Below, one piece after another: positions 59,493-64,000 of a stretch of 64,000 nt of DNA; within the stretch, counting starts at the first letter, position 1, and every line of letters starts with the position of its first letter. Source of the DNA: an uncultured Chlamydiae bacterium (lineage in GTDB: Bacteria > Chlamydiota > Chlamydiia > Chlamydiales > SM23-39). Made by a program: the position numbers and the translations under genes. The stretch covers positions 32,001 through 96,000 of the forward strand of contig CAVSSM010000011.1 of the NCBI GenBank assembly GCA_963730605.1. Direction: 5' to 3'. Below the pieces are notes generated by a model. The model was not told the DNA's origin and searched no databases. It saw only the letters and a program-made list of their open reading frames with translations.

Positions 59493-61223
59493 ATGCAGGC
59501 TTTGTCTCTACCGAAGAGGATGATTGCAGCAGACCCGAGGATTGCAGGCCGTCAATCCAGGCTCGAAATCCTGGAAGAGCAGATCTACAAAGAAGATGAG
59601 CAGCTGCTTAAAGATGTATATCGATACGATACTTCCCTCAGGCCGGAAGATTTCGCCCAGCCTCCATGCGAAGAGGGAAAAAGTCGGGAGAGAATCCGAA
59701 GCGAAAGGGATTTTCACGGCCAGTGGATTGGATTGCAAAAAGCGAGAGAAGCTGCCGAACAAGCGCGAAGCGAACTCTCGCATTTAAACACAGACCAGGG
59801 CGAAAAGATATTCGATTCCGATGCGCCTCTTTTGATCGCCGATGCCTTGATCAAAGATCAGTTTCTATGGGAAGAAAAACACAGGACCCTCCATTACTGC
59901 TCGGATTTATTTTGGCGATGGGACGGGGTGAGATATGTCGAATTGAGCGAAGGCGGAATGCGACAGAGAATTTACGGTTTTTTAAGGGATGCCAAAGACA
60001 TAAGCGGTGGAAATTTGGAAAATTTCAATCCCACCAAATTTAAAGTGGACCAGATCGTCGATGCTCTTCGCGCGGTCTGCCATCACGACCACCATCCGTC
60101 CAGCGGAGAGATTTGGCTGGATGATCGTGAAGGTCCCGATCCTCAATATCTCATCTCATTCCGCAACGGCCTGCTCAACGTGAAGGATTGGCTCGAAAAT
60201 CCCCACGTCTCTCTCATGCCGCATACGCCGTTATTGATGAACGTAAACTCCCTGACATTCGATTACGACCCCAGAGCCGCGGAGCCGCAAGAGTGGCTGC
60301 GATTTCTGGAATCAATCTGGCCTGGAGATCCGGAAAGCCAAGGAACCCTTCAAGAATGGACGGGTTATTTTCTCATACACGATACTCGCCTCCATAAAAT
60401 TCTTCTCATCATAGGACCGCCAAGAAGCGGAAAAGGAACCATCGGACGCTGCCTGATGGAACTGCTGGGCTCCTTCAATGTGATCGGACCTACGCTTTCC
60501 AGTCTTGCCGGAGATTTTGGCCTTCAGCCTTTCTTGAATAAAATGCTCGCTCTGATCTCAGACGCCCGTTTGAGCAGCAGAGGAAACAATAGCGTGATCA
60601 TCGAAAGGCTTCTCAGCATCAGCGGCGAAGATCCTCTGACCATCAATCGCAAATTCCTTCCGCCTCTGACGGTTCAGCTGCCTACCCGGATCATGATGAT
60701 GAGCAACGAAATCCCGGATATGCGGGACGCAAGCGGAGCCCTCGCGAAACGATATAGAGTATTGACGCTGACGAAAAGCTGGCTCGGCAAAGAAGATACA
60801 GCCCTTCTTGGCCGGCTCCGCGCAGAGCTGCCAGGCATTTTACTATGGGCCCTGCAAGGACTCGCCCGATTGCAGGCAAGGGGGAAATTCATCCAGCCCG
60901 CATCATCCGCCCAAACCATCGAAGAACTCGAAGCCATGACCAGCCCGATCAAGGCTTTCATTGCCGAAAGATGCGAATTCAAACCGCAGGCGATGGTTTC
61001 CGTGGCTGCTCTATTCGCAACTTGGCAGTCTTGGTGCGAGGTCACAGGTTATCCTCATGCCGGGAATGTGCAATCTTTTGGCAAAAACCTTCGAGCGGCC
61101 TTTCCTGAAATCGAGACGACCAGGCCGCAGGAAGATCAAACCAGGGAGAGGTGTTACAAGGGCATCAGTCTTGGCGCCACCCCTAATCCGTCCACGGACG
61201 TCCGCGGACCAAGATGGGAATGA
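59493..61223 (+). CDS. P4/D5-family primase-helicase C-terminal part (D5_N plus SF3 helicase)
   Basis: ISFRNGLL, Walker A GPPRSGKGT, MMSNE and ILLWALQG motifs. Confidence 0.88.
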   Translation: MQALSLPKRMIAADPRIAGRQSRLEILEEQIYKEDEQLLKDVYRYDTSLRPEDFAQPPCEEGKSRERIRSERDFHGQWIGLQKAREAAEQARSELSHLNTDQGEKIFDSDAPLLIADALIKDQFLWEEKHRTLHYCSDLFWRWDGVRYVELSEGGMRQRIYGFLRDAKDISGGNLENFNPTKFKVDQIVDALRAVCHHDHHPSSGEIWLDDREGPDPQYLISFRNGLLNVKDWLENPHVSLMPHTPLLMNVNSLTFDYDPRAAEPQEWLRFLESIWPGDPESQGTLQEWTGYFLIHDTRLHKILLIIGPPRSGKGTIGRCLMELLGSFNVIGPTLSSLAGDFGLQPFLNKMLALISDARLSSRGNNSVIIERLLSISGEDPLTINRKFLPPLTVQLPTRIMMMSNEIPDMRDASGALAKRYRVLTLTKSWLGKEDTALLGRLRAELPGILLWALQGLARLQARGKFIQPASSAQTIEELEAMTSPIKAFIAERCEFKPQAMVSVAALFATWQSWCEVTGYPHAGNVQSFGKNLRAAFPEIETTRPQEDQTRERCYKGISLGATPNPSTDVRGPRWE

Positions 61224-61337
61224 CCCCATGGAAAATGAAGAGATAGCCGTGCAGCATGGCTTAGCTTCCTGATTATTAATTTCTTGAGACAAAAATTTTG
61301 CTTTCCTGTAATCTATATGTTACAATTGAGGTAGAGA

Positions 61338-61673
61338 ATGGAATATACCCTGAAGGTCTATGAGACTCCTAATGGAGCGCAGCCGCTGATGGACTGGCTC
61401 CGTGAACTGAGAGACCAAAAAGCGCGCACAGCCATTCGGATGCGATTAGACCGCATGCAGCTCGGAAACTTTGGACATTGCGAACCGGTCGGCGAAGGGG
61501 TGAGCGAGATGAAAGTAGACCTGGGGCCGGGATATAGGGTGTATTTTGGAATGATCGGACGCACCATTGTTCTTCTCCTGTGCGGAGGAGACAAGAAAAG
61601 CCAAGATAAAGATATCCGGCGCGCGCTGGACTTTTTTAGAGATCATAAGCAGCGGGAGAAGGCAGATGGTTAA
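61338..61673 (+). CDS. RelE/HigB-type addiction module toxin
   Basis: RLDRMQLGNFG...GVSEMKVDLGPGYRVYF...LLCGGDKKSQDKDI. Confidence 0.9.
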   Translation: MEYTLKVYETPNGAQPLMDWLRELRDQKARTAIRMRLDRMQLGNFGHCEPVGEGVSEMKVDLGPGYRVYFGMIGRTIVLLLCGGDKKSQDKDIRRALDFFRDHKQREKADG

Positions 61674-61967
61674 ATACAGAGACTACAAAGAAGAGCTGAT
61701 CGATGATCTGAAAGATCACGATGAAGCGGTTGCTTATCTTAATGCTGCATGGGAAGAGAGCTTAAAAGGGGATGAAGAATCTCAACAGCTCTTTCTTCTT
61801 GCGCTTCGCAACGTTGCTGAGGCCCAGGGAGGGCTGGGAAACTCGCCCGAAGGGTGCGTATTCGGAGGGAACAACTGTATCGTATCCTTTCGCGAAGAGG
61901 CAACCCAGGTCTGAGGATTGTCAGATCTCTGCTCATTGCCCTGGGCTTTAATCTAAAATTCGTCTAG
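61666..61967 (+). CDS. HTH addiction module antitoxin, 1-nt frameshift in an A-run near 61840
   Basis: AVAYLNAA...ALRNVAEAQGG, then LARRVRIRREQLYRILSRRGNP in a shifted frame. Confidence 0.82.
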
Positions 61968-62228
61968 CAATTTGCTTGCTCGCCTAGTGGCCGCTTCTGG
62001 AAGAGCATCTTACCGGTTATTTATGATCAAGATCTTGTTCTTAGGCGTCCGTTCAAATTTAAAAGTCTGATTTTCAGTCCATTCGATTTGTGACTGAATT
62101 GTGACTGCTGACTTCCCTTCGCTTGAATTCTATCTGTTGGTTTGTGTTGGATTTTATAAATTAACTTAAAATTATTTTAATGTGTTATTAATTGAAATTA
62201 TCCTGAAAATTTATGTGATCGAATAAAC

Positions 62229-62714
62229 ATGTCAGCGCCAAAAGGCCACAAACTATACAACGGATACGAAAAAGGCGGCGACCTCGGCGGCCGGCCCGAA
62301 AAGTATACTCAAGAGAAAATCGAGCAGGAAGCCGGTGCCTTTCTCGAATGGATGGCTCGTCCCGACAGCATCTGGTACAAAGATTTTGCGCTCGAAAGAG
62401 GCTATTCCGCCGAATATCTCTCCATCTGGGCCAAATCGAACAAAAGGTTTTCTCAAGTTTATGAGAGAGCCAAGGAATGGCAGCAATCCAAGCTCGTCAA
62501 GGGCGGTCTTCTCAATCAATTCAATGCGGGATTCACGAAATTCGTGATGTCCAACACGTGCGGTTGGACTGACAGGCAGCAAATCTCCGGGGACGCCGCT
62601 AATCCCCTTTCCCTTCTATTGCAAAAAGTAGACGGCGGCACGAAGGATCTCGTCGATGGCCATAAGGATGAGAAGCTTTGTCTTGGGTCGAAAAGCCTTC
62701 CGAACCTCTGCTAA
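62229..62714 (+). CDS. Phage terminase small subunit-like protein; C-terminus runs into the adjacent pseudogene
   Basis: APKG...GRPEKYT N-terminus and KFVMSN..GWTDRQ motif resembling small terminase subunits. Confidence 0.6.
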   Translation: MSAPKGHKLYNGYEKGGDLGGRPEKYTQEKIEQEAGAFLEWMARPDSIWYKDFALERGYSAEYLSIWAKSNKRFSQVYERAKEWQQSKLVKGGLLNQFNAGFTKFVMSNTCGWTDRQQISGDAANPLSLLLQKVDGGTKDLVDGHKDEKLCLGSKSLPNLC

Positions 62715-63120
62715 ATCGAGTTTCCATTGATGCGGGTCTTTCAGTTGAATCTTAGTGACTTCCGCTCCAAATGCATTCGGTAAAGAGGCTAGCGATTGAT
62801 AGCATGGATCAATCACAATGACATGATCACCCGGCTCAATCACAACTCTCATCGTACAGTAAATCCCTTCCTTTGCCCCAGCAAAGGTCAGAACTCAGAG
62901 AAGAGTACAACCGTACCACCTCTTGGCGAAGCAGCGGGTGTCCTGGCGATTCGGTGTAACCCAAAGCAAGAGATCGCCAAAGTTTTTTAGAATCTGGATC
63001 AGCCAAGGCAAGGAGCTCCTCGAGAGTCCAAGTTTCAGCATCTGAACAACAAAGTAGGTATGGAGCTGTAAATTCATATTTCTTCCAGAATTCTTCCAAT
63101 TTGAAGGGAGGGATATTCAT
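62660..63120 (-). pseudogene. Truncated, frameshifted class I/II PLP aminotransferase
   Basis: PPFKLEEF...LGYTESPGHPLLR and PGDHVIVIDPCYQSL...RPKTKL; C-terminal half missing. Confidence 0.8.
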
Positions 63121-63719
63121 GATTTTTCCTTGAGGTAGTTATATACAGTAGCTCGAGAGATTTGTAGAACATCTGCAACATATGTGGCTGCATTCTTTGT
63201 CTCAAAGGCTCCTTGTTTCCAAAGCGCAAGGATTAGTTTTCGCTTTTCGGCTCGATCAAGAGATCTTAGACACAGCCCCTGCTCTTTGAGGGTGTTCGAT
63301 ACATATACATTAATTTGCTCTCTCCAGTCATTTTTGAATAAGAAATCGGGCTTCTCTACTTTAGATTCGATGAGATCGAGAATGAAGTGGAGCATGTGCT
63401 CCCACTTAGAAATGTCAAGATTGATGCACATTAGGCCGATCGGATGCCCAGCTCGACTTCTCAATACGACGGAAACCGATTTCATCCTCGTCCCATCCCA
63501 GTTGACCTTGAAATAGGGGGGAAAGACATTTTGAGTGACCGAGAGTTTTTCCATTTCATCGAGCAGCGACTCGTCTCCAATTTTTCGTTTCGATAGATTG
63601 TTGAAAACGGCCGCAACGCACTTTGTTTTAAAATCGTGAATGACCACCTCTATGTGCGGAGAAAGAAGAAGACTGATTGCTTCAGCTATGGGTTTGTACT
63701 GGTCAAGCTCATGGGACAT
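63117..63719 (-). CDS. YheO-like PAS plus HTH transcriptional regulator
   Basis: EVVIHD, MKSVS, MCINLD, GAF and ISRATVYNYL motifs. Confidence 0.88.
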   Translation of the reverse strand: MSHELDQYKPIAEAISLLLSPHIEVVIHDFKTKCVAAVFNNLSKRKIGDESLLDEMEKLSVTQNVFPPYFKVNWDGTRMKSVSVVLRSRAGHPIGLMCINLDISKWEHMLHFILDLIESKVEKPDFLFKNDWREQINVYVSNTLKEQGLCLRSLDRAEKRKLILALWKQGAFETKNAATYVADVLQISRATVYNYLKEKS

Positions 63720-64000
63720 ACATGCTCTTTTTATAGACAATATAGTCCATTTAAGACTTTCTTGTCTAATAAATAAATGGCAAACAAAAGATTTGTCAAA
63801 AACTGCAGTCCGTAACACGCAAGTGTAAAAATTTAATTTTCTTTGTAAATTATTATATTGTTAATATGTTTTATTTAATTTTGATTGAAATCATAAATGA
63901 GATAAAATACTTCCGTTAGATGGTTGGTATGTATGGTTTTTGTAAAAGCTCAAGTGGGGCCTCCGAATTGCGGGGAGCCTGACGATATGTTTACCGTTCA

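Noticed and set aside
1..64000. CRISPR array or cas genes
   Set aside because: No regularly spaced short direct repeats with unique spacers were seen; the repeats here are inverted or coding

Overview
64 kb of an environmental Chlamydiota-type chromosome. The taxonomy is inferred from chlamydial gene order: mutL-pepP, lpdA-lipA, secA-psd-nth-mnmE, ruvA-ruvC, UAP-gpsA, pbp2-tRNA-Gly-rpsB-tsf-pyrH-frr, and an aroDE fusion. Besides housekeeping genes it carries a Phe/Tyr biosynthesis operon, a wza-wzc-like polysaccharide locus, a tandem pair of low-GC repeat-containing effector-like genes, a decayed 3.9 kb cargo patch and a degenerate phage-satellite-like island after tRNA-Glu/tRNA-Lys. The most striking signal lies outside the ORF track: about 17 short palindromic, mostly TA-ended, MITE/RPE-like elements or element ends that appear to remodel genes. 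One is inserted in frame (73 codons) in the Wzc-like protein. One appears to have turned a tyrA/pheA ATGA overlap into a fused gene. Others supply Shine-Dalgarno sequences, start or stop codons, or bracket cargo DNA. An unannotated 32-codon leader peptide ending in YSFYFFYF precedes the aromatic operon and is a probable Phe/Tyr attenuator. Several conserved genes, including secA, carry single-base homopolymer frameshifts, so the assembly probably has indel errors and single-base claims need read support. All calls are by eye; no database searches were run.
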